Part shown: positions 39,131-50,493 of the stretch, piece after piece
Numbering within the stretch: position 1 is the first letter of the stretch
Layout of the letters: each line of letters begins with the position of its first letter
Origin: Mustelus asterias
Taxonomy: Eukaryota
DNA length: 64,000 nucleotides
Assembly (NCBI RefSeq): GCF_964213995.1
Contig: NC_135808.1
Span: 67,270,001 to 67,334,000, forward strand
Direction of reading: 5' to 3'
Translations under genes and position numbers: made by a program
The notes under the pieces: model-generated
Told to the model about the DNA's origin: nothing
The model's database searches: none
What the model saw: only the letters and a program-made list of their open reading frames with translations

Positions 39131-39565
39131 GAAGCTCTTTCGATTAAGCACTTTGCAGCCTTCTGGAGTAACACTGAATTTAGCAATTTCAGATTGTAAT
39201 CTCTGCCCCACCACCCTATGTTTCCGTTTAGTCTGGCTTTTCTCCCCTTTTTCGTTTGGTTTTGAACAGCAATTCTTCATTATTCTGCCATTCACACCTC
39301 CCATCTTTTGTTTCTTGCCCTATTCACACTCCCTTTGCTTCTGCACAACCACCTCTTTTTGTCAATCAACGTCTTCTGCTCCATCATAGACCTTCCTATT
39401 TTGTTCCTTTTCCACCGTACCCCTGCTTAAAACCTATCATGTTTCTAACATTTCCCAGTTCTGATGAAAGATCATCAACCTAAAACGTTGACTTTGTTTC
39501 TCTCTCTCCACAGATGCTGACAGGACTGCTGAGTATTTCCTGCATCCACATTATTTGGCGTTTGT
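39131..39565 (+). mobile_element. Penelope-like family B 3' end with degenerate hammerhead
   Basis: ORF end LFRLSTLQPSG; CTGATGAAAGATCATCAACCTAAAACGTTGAC at 39461; TCCACAGATGCTG terminus motif. Confidence 0.7.
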
Positions 39566-40327
39566 AATATGTATTCTTGGTATTTTCAATTCTGGTTACC
39601 TGAGCCGATGGACTTGAGGAGGAGGAGGGGGGGCGGGGGGGTGGGGAGGGTGGTCCCACTGATTCTATTATGAATTGTGACCACTAAAGAGATGTTAACA
39701 AACAGCAGCTGGCAAACTAATGGGACAGCCAGTGCATTGGAATATTAAGTCTAGAGCTAATGAATGAGGCTTTTGATGGCAGATGAGTTGATACAGCAGT
39801 GAAGTCAGTGTGATGTTACAGAAGTGGAAATAGATTGGCACTGTCTGGGTCAAATACGACAATGCGTGAAAAAAAACCCACATGTTTGTGGTCTAATGTG
39901 ATCTCCACCTGACAATTTGAGTTGTTCATTTTCTAACTTCATGCCCACACTGCCTCCCCACCCCAATCCACTCAATTGTTCACAGCTTGAGTCACTCCTG
40001 AAAAGGAAAAGTTGGATGGAAGAAATGACAAAAACCAAAGTGACCCAGAAAGGGCGAGGATGAAAGAACAGACTAGAATGTAAAAATTGATTGTCGTGGA
40101 GAACAAAAAGGCACACAATGGGAATGGACTCGGAACAGATTGACGTAAGAAGCTGCAAGGAAAGCAGATGAAATGAAAATCACATTGAGATTCTGCAATT
40201 TCATGAGTGGAGAATCTTCCGCAACGCCTTACCTCTTGAATCCTCAGAAAAAAGGTCACTGAATTAAAAGGTTTTGATTTTCTTCCTGATTTTCGGCGTT
40301 TTTTTTCAACATTGGCATCTTGCACTC

Positions 40328-40448
40328 TGATGTGGAGATGCCGGCGTTGGACTGGGGTAAGCACAGTAAGAAGTCTCACAACACCAGGTTAAAGTCCTGG
40401 TTAAATAAACCTGTTGGACTTTAACCTGGTGTTGTGAGACTCCTTACT
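40328..40448. mobile_element. Penelope-like family A insertion 3 (121-bp mini fold-back)
   Basis: 37-nt tail, 33-nt inverted arm, TGGTT filler, 46-nt arm. TSD ATCTTGCACTC at 40317-40327 and 40450-40460. Confidence 0.92.
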
Positions 40449-40984
40449 GATCTTGCACTCTGGCCAGTGGTCCCTTTTGCTTTTGGGTTAAGAAATCATA
40501 ATTTGCACATACTTCATAAATACCTGCAGTCAACTCTTGTCGTCTCTGGCTGGTGTTTCAGCTTATTCGCAACAGTATTTATGAATTATTAATAATGGAC
40601 CAGATATTAAATGATGCTGAATACTAACTGGGCTATGAGTCCTTCTTAGCAGATAGCTTGCCTAATATTCCAAGCACAGATTGGCAACATTTGGAATTTG
40701 TTATCTTCAAGGTCCTTTGGACTGAACGTCCTTTCTGAGAAATGAAATGCCTTTTGACAATAGGTTGCCAACTTGCTTTGATCTGTGAGTTACCACTTGT
40801 AGATCTCAGTAATCTGCTGGAAAGGCTTTGTTCTGAACAGTAACTTCAGGTGCTTTGTCTACCACTACCTAGAGGAAATACCTGATGTACAAAAAATTTG
40901 ACTTGCTGTCCTTTCCCGTCTAAGAGATTAACTATGAACATGCCAGATCATCAGAAATCATTTAACACCCCAGTAGGTAGAAAT

Positions 40985-41302
40985 AAAGACTTGTGTTTAT
41001 ATAGCACTCTTCCTGACCTCAGGGTTTCCTAAAGCACTTCTGAAGTGTAATTACTAATACAATGTGGGAAACACATCAACAAATCTGTGCACAGTAAGCT
41101 CCCACATGTGATAAGGACCAGGTCGTCTTGTTGTTATGATGTTGCTTGAGGGGTAAATGTTGACCAGGGCACCAGTGGTAACTCACCTGCTCATACAATA
41201 GTGCCATGGGCATCTTTTAAATGACCCTGAGAGGACAGTTGGTCCTTTGGTTTTAACACTTAAAACCAGCACCTGTGACAGTGCAGCATTCCCTTACTAT
41301 TG
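40985..41302 (-). mobile_element. DeuSINE (SacSINE1-like) Deu domain and tail
   Basis: ATAGTGCCATGGGCATCTTTT, GACAGTGCAGCATTCCC and AAAGACTTGTGTTTATATAGCAC. Confidence 0.75.
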
Positions 41303-41646
41303 TTCCAACATAAAATACTGGATGGCTTGCAAGCCTTAACTTAAACAAGCAGTTGGTATCCAACTTGCTCCTTGTTCTCAAAAAGAAACCATTTGAAGGA
41401 ATGTGTGATTAGGAAGGAGATATAATGTTAAGACGGTGAAGTACAAGTGAACATTCACATTGAATATACTTGAATCACGCACCAGAATGTGTATAAAAAT
41501 TGATCTCACTGATACTCTGATGTGCTTTGGCTGTTAGTTGTGTCACAATATACTCCTGAAGAAAAATGCTGCATTCATGGGTGCTGATAGAAAGATTTGC
41601 AGAACAACACAAACACTGATTTCCTCCACCACCCAGTGCTGCCATG

Positions 41647-41981
41647 ATGCACTGCAGCAACTCACCAAAGCTCCTCAGACAGCAACTTCCAAACCCACAA
41701 CCACTACCATCTAGAAGGACAAGAGCAGCTGATACATGGAAGCACCGCTACTTGGAAGTTCCCTCCACTGTCCTGACTTGGAAATGCATCTCTGTTGCTG
41801 GATCAAAATTCTGCAACTTCCTTCCCAAAAGCACTATGGGTGTACCTGTACCACATGGACCACATGGACTGCAGCGGTTCAAGAAGGCAGCTCACCGCCA
41901 CCTTCTCAGGGACAATTAGCGATGGTCAATGAATGCTGACCTAGCTACTGACCCCCACATCTTGTGGATGAATTTAAAGAA
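41647..41981 (+). mobile_element. CR1-group LINE (MEYSPLAW family) 3' end
   Basis: Matches 2788-3088 and the reverse complement of 14420-14880. Confidence 0.85.
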
Positions 41982-42659
41982 GATAGAAAATGGGGAGTAA
42001 CTTCAATAAGATAGCAATTGAATTGTTGGGCCCATATTAAACTGCTTTAAGCAATTATTAAGTAGATCTCCATGAAAAAAGGATTTCTGAATTGGCCTAC
42101 TGTGCAGCAACCTGTTATATGTAGACGGAGTGCTTGAATTGCTGTGAATACGTTAAGGGGCCATTCAGATGTTAAGTTTTCCAGAGCAATTGTGCAAGTC
42201 TCTGAACAGATTGTGTCGTAACCAATAATCCAGGTTATTTGCACCTTGTATGTGAAATCAATCTAGTATTCACCTTCCCAAGACAGTGACAAATGTATCA
42301 GTGGAATCAGAGCTGGCAAGCCAGAAATCATGTAGTGGCTCGTACGAAATGGGAGCTCTTGATTTAACCTGCATCCAATCCCAATTCCATCTGATATTGG
42401 CAGCGTGCAAACTGCATGCTACCTACTGATAAACATGATAGTAACATGCAGCATAGTCCTAAACTCAGTGTTTGACAGCTGCATGTCTGAGACTGGCTCC
42501 CAAGTTTGTTCAAGGCTAGCATGATTTGAAGCTCACCAGCACAACGTAAAACCAGCCTTCATCTCTTAAAGGGCAGTGCATTCTGATTTCAGCATTGCTG
42601 AAATTGGCTCGGAAATACATTCCGAGCAGGTAGAACACTGATTAATAGTGTAATGTGAT

Positions 42660-42853
42660 AGAGAGTGTACTACAAGGTTCTCTGACACTGCACCAGAGGC
42701 CGTAATCCACATGATACTTGGGGAAGAGATGCCCTCTCTTCACAAGGGCCTCCCACATAGAAGGCAATGGGCCATGTAAGCAATGTAGGCCGGACAGCTT
42801 GGAGGTAGTGCCACAAAAAGATCAATGACTTCATCCGAGTTGTCAAAGTCAGT
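42660..42853 (+). pseudogene. Degraded Myb/SANT-like coding exon (Harbinger-type accessory protein)
   Basis: RECTTRFSDTAPEAV at the start and RTAWR*CHKKINDFIRVVK followed by GTCAGT at the end; the middle is frameshifted. Confidence 0.5.
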
Positions 42854-43124
42854 CAGTTCATTTCCAAATGCCATATGCTTACAACTGGGCCAGTATTCTC
42901 AGACATTGCTCAATTTACCACCTCATCTACCAACAATCTGTCAATCATGATATCTGTCGCATGTACAGCTTCACCCCAACCCCACACATGTAGCATTGCT
43001 GCAAGCCTCAAAATGACATCCTGGAGTTGCACACGCTGCCAGCTATCCATCCATGGAAGCCTGGTGACAATAATAGGATATATCCAGCAAGGTTGATAAA
43101 AGGAAACCAGTAAATTTAGTATAG

Positions 43125-43375
43125 CATGGCTTGTAGTGCAGTGGGTAGTGTCCCTGCCTCAGAGCCAGAAGTTCCAGGTTCAAGTCCCACTCCAGAACCT
43201 GCTGGCTGAGGAAAGTGCATTCGAATTTGTAAATCCTACCAACTCACACAAATAACACGTTGTAAGAGCAGGAGAGATTCCTGATCAGCCACGTGATGGA
43301 AAGAATATGGAGCCTCTACCATCACTATCCATAGCTCCAAGCTACAACATGCTTGTGGAAATATATGTTGCCAAA
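43125..43375 (+). mobile_element. tRNA-derived SINE
   Basis: TAGTGCAGTGGGTAG (A-box-like) and GGTTCAAGTCC (B box); body shared with 43690. Confidence 0.6.
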
Positions 43376-43394
43376 ACAATTTGGACTCTTTGGT

Positions 43395-43560
43395 GGGCTG
43401 GTTGGCTCAATTGGCTCGATCAATTGGAGCTCAGGGTTCAATAGCCTGTGCCAGCTGCAGTGGTTTCAGGACCTGCCTCCTTGCCCTACCCTTGATGGAG
43501 GTTGTGATGCAGTGGGTCAGACCTGCCTCCGGGCAAAGACCTCAAGACGTATCTGATCAA
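43395..43560 (+). mobile_element. Degraded tRNA-derived SINE
   Basis: TGGCTCAATTGG A box and GGTTCAATAGCC B-box-like motif. Confidence 0.4.
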
Positions 43561-43689
43561 GATTAATGCACAAGATTGATAGAGGATTGATTAAAGGGCA
43601 GCAAACAGAACTGGTTGTTACTAGTAGGCCATCACCAGCATCCATGTCTGTCCCTGAGCTATTCAAAATCAATATTAATGATTGTGGAT

Positions 43690-43990
43690 GTCTTGTGGCA
43701 CAGTGGAAGCATCCCTACCTCTCTGCCAGAGGCCTGGGTTCAAGTTCCACTTCAGGATTTGATGGCCACAGAAAGTGCAATTATATTGTAACCAAAAAGG
43801 TTGATTATCAGCCTGTAACTCTTGCAATGTGCCTGATAGCAGGTGGTGAGAGTGGGAGAGTTTCCTGGTCAGCCACACTGCAGAAGACAATGGTAAGGTA
43901 CGGCAGTACTTGGCCAAGCATAATCATGGACCAATGCAATGGGAGTCCATGGTCGGCAATACCCTCTTATGGTAGGGTAGCTAAAGGAGG
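43690..43990 (+). mobile_element. tRNA-derived SINE with an RTE/BovB-like tail
   Basis: Head TGGCACAGTGG...GGTTCAAGTTCC; tail AATGGTAAGGTACGGCAGTACTTGGCCAAGCATAATCATGGAC...GTCCATGGTCGGC. Confidence 0.55.
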
Positions 43991-44086
43991 AGGGTTAATG
44001 ACTTAGATGAGGGAACTGAGTGTAATGTCTCCACGTTTGCTGGTGTTACAAAGCTAGGTAAGAAAATAAGCTAGGAGTTGGGCACA

Positions 44087-44499
44087 AGGGGAATTTTAAC
44101 CTGTCAAGGCGGTTGGGTGTGTGGGCTGCATGTTAAAATACTTGACATTGCTGACGGTAGGAACCCACCGATGGTTTTAACCCAAGCATGTTCTTCAGTG
44201 AGCAGGAACTCTGTGGGACAGGTGGATCTGCCATTGAAATATGTGAAATGCTCATTGACTGCTGTTTTGCTCCCTATCAGCTTGTCTATGCTAGTCACCA
44301 AAATGTGCAGCCTCTTTTAATGAACACAAGCAGGGATATTTAGTGGCTATGGCTGTTTGATAAGCCTCCAGGTGGCTGTTTCTGGAGCTGCCTTCAGCTC
44401 CTTTATCAAGACCGTGACTTGTGCAAAACCAAGTTTTCAGTTTACAACCCCATCTTGGCCACCTCTTTAGCACCTAAAGTATTCAGCTAAAATTGCCCA
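44087..44499. mobile_element. MITE-like element
   Basis: Ends GGGGAATTTTAAC / GCTAAAATTGCCC. Confidence 0.4.
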
Positions 44500-44882
44500 A
44501 TAACTCTTTGTCAACCGGAAGTATAATGTGCAGTTAAAACACAATCTCTTGTTGTAATGAATCAAGGTTGAGTTGGAGAGAGTCGGGTCAAATTTAGCAC
44601 ACAATTGTCACAAAATTTATCAGTTCAGAGTGAAGTGTAAAAATTGATCTCCTAAATTTTTTACCAAACATTGAGTTAATAATGTTGAACTTCTTGTCAT
44701 GCTAGCTGAATGAATAATTGCTGTGGGTCCTGTGGGAAAGCTATGCTTGAACTCCACATTGACATCATATAGATAGATTGTAGAATAGGGAACTGCTGCT
44801 GTTTATGGAGTATTGTTCATCAGAAGACGGAACATGTTCCGGTTTTCTTCAATGCTGCTGTGTATTTGATGTGTAAAACAAC

Positions 44883-45640
44883 TACAACTTGTACTTGTCC
44901 AGCGTTTTTAATGTAATAAAATGTCTCAAGACATTTCATAACACGAAATATGACACAAACCACAAGAAGGTCTTGGATACAACTCTTAGGTGAAGGGGAT
45001 CAAGGAGGCGACATGGTGGCACCGTGGTTACCACTGCTGTCTCACAGCTCCAGGGACCTGTGTTCGATTCCCAGCTTGGGTCACTGCCTATGTGGAGTTT
45101 GCACGTTCTCCCCATGTCTGCGTGGGCTTCCTCTGGGTGCACCGGTTTCCTCCCACATGTCCAAAGATGGGTGGGTTAGGTTGATTGGCCATGTTAAATT
45201 GCTTCTTAGTGTCCCGGGATGTGTAGGTTAGAAGGATTAGCGGGGTAAATGTGTGGGGTTGTGGGGATAGGGCCTAGGGTGCGATTGTTATCGGTGCAGA
45301 CTCTATGGGCCGAATGGCCTCCTTCTGCACAGTAGGGTTTCTATGAAAGGATATAGGGGGAGGGGAAGGCAGGAGTAGGCTATTGAGTTGGATGATCAGC
45401 CATGATCATAATGAATGGTGGAGCAGGCTCGAAGGGCCGAATGGCCTACTTCTATTTTCTATGTTTATTAGGGTAGATGACCAAAAGCTTGGTGCAAGAG
45501 TTAAGATTTTGAGAGTGACTTCAAAGGAGGGAAGTGAGGGAATCCCAGAACCTGGGATCTAAGCAGCTGAAGGTACGGCCACCAATGATGGAGCAATTAA
45601 CATAGCGCAGATATCCTAGAAGGTTGTGGGCTGGAGATCA
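44883..45640 (-). mobile_element. L2-type LINE 3' fragment hosting a CR1 3' fragment (~44985-45466, +) that in turn hosts an HE1 SINE
   Basis: L2-like GATGACCAAAAGCTTGGT...GCAGCTGAAGGTACGGCCACCAATG; CR1 end GGCTCGAAGGGCCGAATGGCCTACTTCTATTTTCTATG. Confidence 0.6.
45007..45346 (+). mobile_element. Full-length HE1-type V-SINE
   Basis: Complete element; TSD AAGGA at 45002-45006 and 45347-45351. Confidence 0.93.
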
Positions 45641-45825
45641 CAGGAATAAATGCACCAGTTCTCTAGCCAAGGAGCTGGTCCTTAGCAGTGTGATGGTTGC
45701 TGCAGTTCACTTACACTGCCAAACCTGTTTGCCCAAAAGAAAATCCAGGAAGGAACTATTCCTTAAATGGAAAGGAAATAATGTGTTTAAGAGAGCTTTA
45801 GGAGACCATGATGGTCAATAAATCA

Positions 45826-46121
45826 GGGTGGCACAGAGGTTAGCACTGCTGCCTCACAGCACCAGGGACCCGATTCAATTCCCGGCTTGGGTCACTGTTT
45901 GTGTGGAGTCTGCACTTTCTCCCCGTGTCTGCGTGGGCTGTTTCCTCCGGGTGCTCCGGTTTCCTCCCACAGTCCGAAAGCCATGCTGGTTAGGTGCATT
46001 GGCCATGCTAAATTCTCCCTCGGTGTACCCGAACAAGCACCGGATTGTGGTGACTGGGGTATTTTCACAGTAACTTCATTGCAGTGTTAATGTAAGCCTA
46101 CTTGTGACACAAATAAATAAA
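45826..46121 (+). mobile_element. V-SINE, tail type B
   Basis: Head, V-domain, and tail GTAAGCCTACTTGTGACACAAATAAATAAA. Confidence 0.92.
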
Positions 46122-46294
46122 TTGAAGCCGTCACAACAATGCTTTGGTGGCAGGGAGCAAGGCAAAATGGATGATGGAAAGCACTATAAGGTCAGTACTG
46201 AGCCAAAGCAGTGAGCTAATCCCAGCACTTTATAAACCATTACTATAACTGCACTTAAATTGCTGTCTGGTCATCACATGATAAAAAAGATATT

Positions 46295-46640
46295 ATAGCT
46301 ATTGAAAAAATACAGAGGAGAATGATTGGGGTGGTGGGTGGATGGAGAGATTAGATTACGAGGAGTGATTATGGCATATTTTTACTGGCAAAGAGAATGC
46401 TGAGAGGTGATACAGTTGCTGGGTTTAGAATTCTAAAGAGTCTGAATATTATAGATCAGGACACGCTATTGCAGCTTGTTCACAATGGTTGAATAGGGTG
46501 TGTACACAAAACTAATCTGCAGAAACGGGATTTCAGTGCGTGAGTCATCAGTCTATGGGGAAGGCTGTGTAAAGAGATGGTGGAGGCATTGATTCATTCA
46601 AATGCAGATTTGATAGATTGCTTTCAGAAAATAACATTTT
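46295..46640 (+). mobile_element. Old CR1-like LINE RT C-terminal fragment
   Basis: Degenerate IEKIQRR...LDYEE...KRMLRGD..GFRILK coding pattern. Confidence 0.5.
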
Positions 46641-46913
46641 GGGATATCGTTTACAAACAATTTGAAAGGTGACATGAAGGTGTGCTTAGTAACAGCAGGT
46701 GTCTATGCTCCATCACTTGGGATTTTTCTTGTGCCTGGTGTAGATTAATTGATGAAGATAGATTGCTACGATGAGCTAACAGTTCCATTTATTGTCGCAT
46801 CATGTCGCTACCAAAATAATGGAAGATAGATCAATCGAGTTGGGTCTGGGACTTTTTCATTCTACAATTTGTATTATTCTTCTGTCTAAAGGAAAGACAA
46901 GTACAGTTCCCTC

Positions 46914-47012
46914 CTCTGACGAAGGGGTCATCCAGACTCGCAACGTTGGCTCCATTCTCTCTCCACAAATGCTGTCAGACCTGCTGAGATTTCCCAGCAT
47001 TTTCTGTCTGTT
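46914..47012 (+). mobile_element. Penelope-like family B pLTR end with near-intact hammerhead
   Basis: CTGACGAAGGGGTCATCCAGACTCGCAACGTTGGCT (GAAA mutated to GCAA), then CTCCACAAATGCTGTCAGACCTGCTGAGATTTCCCAGCATTTTCTG. Confidence 0.7.
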
Positions 47013-47608
47013 GTTGATGCAGACACTTCAAGCTGCCAGGAATCTATCTAAAAGTGGTACTAAAGTTGCAGACGTTCGAATAGTGTAGCTTTATTGAAAC
47101 ATTCAAGAATAAACATGGTTGGTATGTATGTATGCATGTGGCGGTGCTTATTTTAATACTGATCAGATCCTTATTGTTATCTATAGATACAAGACCAGTT
47201 TGACACCATTATTGTCTAACTAACAGTCCGTTGAAATAGGCAGAATTCGTGCAATTATAACAGCGGAGATAACAATGAACAACACCATTTTTTGAAAAGG
47301 ACTTGGGGGCTGGATATATTAACAGAAGCAGAGTTAGTTTGAGTTGGAAAATATCCCGACTCGCCGCACCCGCCTCAGTAGAAACTACTTTGAATCGTGC
47401 AATTTTCATTACAGGTGGGGGAGGTGAGGCAGATACTGAATAGAGTCGGAAGCAGGGTGTAAGTGGTAACGGGTGGGCGAATGTCCAGCTGACCTGGTTA
47501 GAAGATTCTCCTCAGTGCTCTGGGACATGGTTCCTTCTGAAACAAATGGAACAGTTATACATGTGTGATGATAAATATATGTTCTGTCACATTTTAGTAT
47601 GCGATCAT

Positions 47609-48140
47609 TGAATGAATACAGCACAGAAGAAGGCCATTTGGCCCATTGTACATGTGCTGCCTCTTTGAATCAACTATCCAATTGATCCCACTCTCATGCC
47701 CTTTCCACGTAACTGTGCAAGCTTATCCCCTTCAAGTATTTCCGCAATTTTCTCCAATTCCCTTTCGAAAGTTATTATTCAATTCACTTCCTCCACCCTT
47801 TTTGGCAGTGCACTCCAGATCATGGGTGAGATTTTCCAGCCCCTCCTGCCGGCAGGATCTTCCAGTTCCGTCGAAGTCAACAGAGAATGAAATGGCTGGC
47901 TACAACGCCACGGGGAAACTGCTGTGATGGGACTGGAAAATTCCAGCCCACGTAGCTCGCAGCATCTAAAAGAACCTGCTCATCTGCCCTCTGGTTCTTT
48001 CGCTAACTATTTTAAATCTGTGGCTTCTGGTTATTAATCCTTCTGTCTCTGCAAACAATCTCTCTTCTTTGCATTATTAAAGCCCTTCGTGATTCTGAAT
48101 ACCTCTATCAAATCTATCCTTAACCTTCACTGTTCTAAGA
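47609..48140 (-). mobile_element. CR1-like LINE 3' fragment interrupted by a MITE
   Basis: ACAGCACAGAAGAAGGCCATTTGGCCCA...GAATACCTCTATCAAATCTATCCTTAACCTT; similar to the reverse complement of 14030-14400. Confidence 0.75.
47823..47950. mobile_element. MITE with imperfect ~20-bp TIRs
   Basis: TGGGTGAGATTTTCCAGCCC / GGGACTGGAAAATTCCAGCCCA; cleanly interrupts the CR1 fragment. Confidence 0.7.
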
Positions 48141-48563
48141 GGAGGCCATGTGTTTGGAAAAGCAAGTGATTGCAGCGCTAATGGTCTGCATGGACTCCTC
48201 TATTGCCCATGCCAGACTGTGCCATCCCTCGGGAATCTCTGCCCCATCTCCATGCACCTCACACTGTGTATGTCCAGAAGCTGCTGTTCAGCATCTAGGT
48301 TGCCTCAAACTTATTTGAAAGCTGGGGGAAGCTCCAGCTCAGTCTGCGACTGCTGGTCATGTGACTGCGATTTGCATTTACCAGTATGCGAATCCCTTGT
48401 AGGTGAGCTGCACATATCTAACGAGATGTGTACCTGATTTGGCACTCTGTAAGCAAGGATGTAATATTGCATCTTCTGAGGCTGCCTCCTCTTCTGAGGT
48501 TAGTGAGGCTCCCTCAGGGCCTGTGGCTGCTGCTGACGTCTGGTCCTGTGGGGGAAACTAAAC

Positions 48564-48734
48564 TCCAAAGATGTGCTGGTTAGGTGGATTGGCTATGATA
48601 AATTGTCCCTTAGTGTCAGGTGATTGGCAGGGTAAATATGTGGGGTTGGGGGATAGGGACTGGGTGGGACTATTGTCAGTGCAGGATCGATGGGCCAAAT
48701 GGCCTCCTTCTGCACTAGGGATTCAATGATTCTA
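48564..48734 (+). mobile_element. 5'-truncated HE1-type SINE
   Basis: TCCAAAGATGTGCTGGTTAGG...AATGGCCTCCTTCTGCACTAGGGATTC. Confidence 0.85.
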
Positions 48735-49039
48735 TAAACAAGGAGAATGAGGGGCACCATCATCATTTGAGCTGAGTTCAGAACACACACTGGCACCATT
48801 AGCAGATTGCCGACAGTGTTGAAACTTCAATGCCGCCACATTCAGGCAGACCATCCTCCCCGAATTGTATCAACCTCCACAGACAAACCCCATCAGTGCC
48901 GTCTTCCTGGCTGACTCCCCAGTTTATAAGATTGTCGCGCCCATCACTCATCTCCTTGGCCCTCTCTCAAACACTCTGAAGCACAGTTTTCAGAAGAGAG
49001 CTATGAGCCTTGGGTCTTCATCCAACCTCTGCCAAAAGG

Positions 49040-49689
49040 ATGGTTCCAGCGATGGGCTCCTCCAGCCACAGGACTACCTTCCCTGGCAGGGTGAGGGAAG
49101 CCAGGTTGGGCTGGCAGCCTCTGGTCCTGGCCCTTTTTCTGTTATTGTACCCCGCCTTCTCCTGGAAGTGAAAAAAGGACATTGTAACAACTGTGCTGCG
49201 CTGCTTTCAAATGCATGACCAACTTGTATTTTGTCGGAGGCCAATGTTTCTCAATGCTCCTTGCCAGCTGACTGGTGCTACAGACTATTCCCTCCCCTCC
49301 CCTCCACCCCTCATGAATCCTTATTGGCAGGCAAAGTGGTGCCAGTGTCATGCTGCCTTTACGTGTGGGCAATACAGCAGGCAATGCAACGCTGCAACCA
49401 CTTGACACCCTTCTGACAAGATCCCTCTCTGAAATGGTTAAACACTCAGCCTGGCAGATCTCAAAAATGTCATTGAGGCTTTTCTGTCACAGCAGGCAGG
49501 TTCTCTGGGCGACCCCATGTCTGTTGACCTCCCCTGCAAATTCCTTCCAGGCTGGTTTTGTCTTGGTAGGAGATCTCCTCATCACCTCTTCTGGCATGAG
49601 GACCTCCCATCTATCCTGCAGAGCCTGGAAGAGGACTTGCAGGGAGTCATCATCAAACCGTGGGGCATCCTAGGTCTTGACCTCTCCAT
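49040..49689 (-). pseudogene. Two-exon Myb/SANT-like (trihelix) DNA-binding protein relic, probably PIF/Harbinger ORF2
   Basis: 49669-49452 translates DAPRFDDDSLQVLFQALQDRWEVLMPEEVMRRSPTKTKPAWKEFAGEVNRHGVAQRTCLL*QKSLNDI. After acceptor TTTTTTCACTTCCAG, exon 2 (from 49161) reads EKAGYNNRKRARTRGCQPNLASLT. Confidence 0.7.
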
Positions 49690-50271
49690 TCTCGCTCCAT
49701 CTGTGGAGAGACCCAAAGAGATGATGGGTTGAATTTGAGTCTTTTTCTCGAGGCTTACTATTCATACTGGGAATGGATCAGCTGCATTTGGATGTCCTTC
49801 CCTCAAGGGTAAGTAATGATTCGCCACTTGCGCAAAAGTCAACACCCAGGTAAAACCTGCTGCAATTCTTCCAAAGAGTTTAAACTTCTTCACGCAAAAA
49901 GCTTCAGCCTTCAAAGTATTATTTGTGCTGCAGATGCCCGGATCCCGTGACCTGGGTGTCACTAAATGGGTGACTGTGACTGACGTCTGGTTCTCGGCCT
50001 GCCTCTTCTGTGCCCAGTGTTGCGTTGCCAATTGGGCGCACTGCCCACCGTTACTCACTGCTGTCAGCCAATGTCTGCTGGGCCCCTGCTAACTGCCTGA
50101 AAGACGTGCTATCTGGTGTCTCTCAAAGGCAGGTTAGGGAGTTGGCGACCCACCCACTTCCGGGTTGGACACCCACCCACTGCCGAGCAACGTAAACTTT
50201 ACTCCAAAGTCTCATTCGAAACACAGCATTGCTGACAGTGCAGCACTCTTCCCTCAGCACTGCATTGTCAG

Positions 50272-50493
50272 CCTACAGTGTAGAAGGAGCCATTCAGCCC
50301 ATCTAATTCCCCCCCCCCCCCCATTTACTATGGCTAATCTATCTCACCTACACGACTTTGGAGCGTGGGAGGAAACCGGAGCACCCGGAGGAAACCCACA
50401 CAGACATGATGAGAACGTGCAAACTTCACACACTGGCAGGAATCAAACCTGGCCCCTGTCACTGTGAGGTAGCAGTGCCAAACACGGTGCCAC
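50272..50493 (-). mobile_element. Internally deleted HE1-type SINE inside a DeuSINE fragment (~50205-50570, -)
   Basis: V-domain GGAAACCGGAGCACCCGGAGGAAACCC; flanking Deu motif GACAGTGCAGCACTCTTCCCTCAGCACTGCA. Confidence 0.8.
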
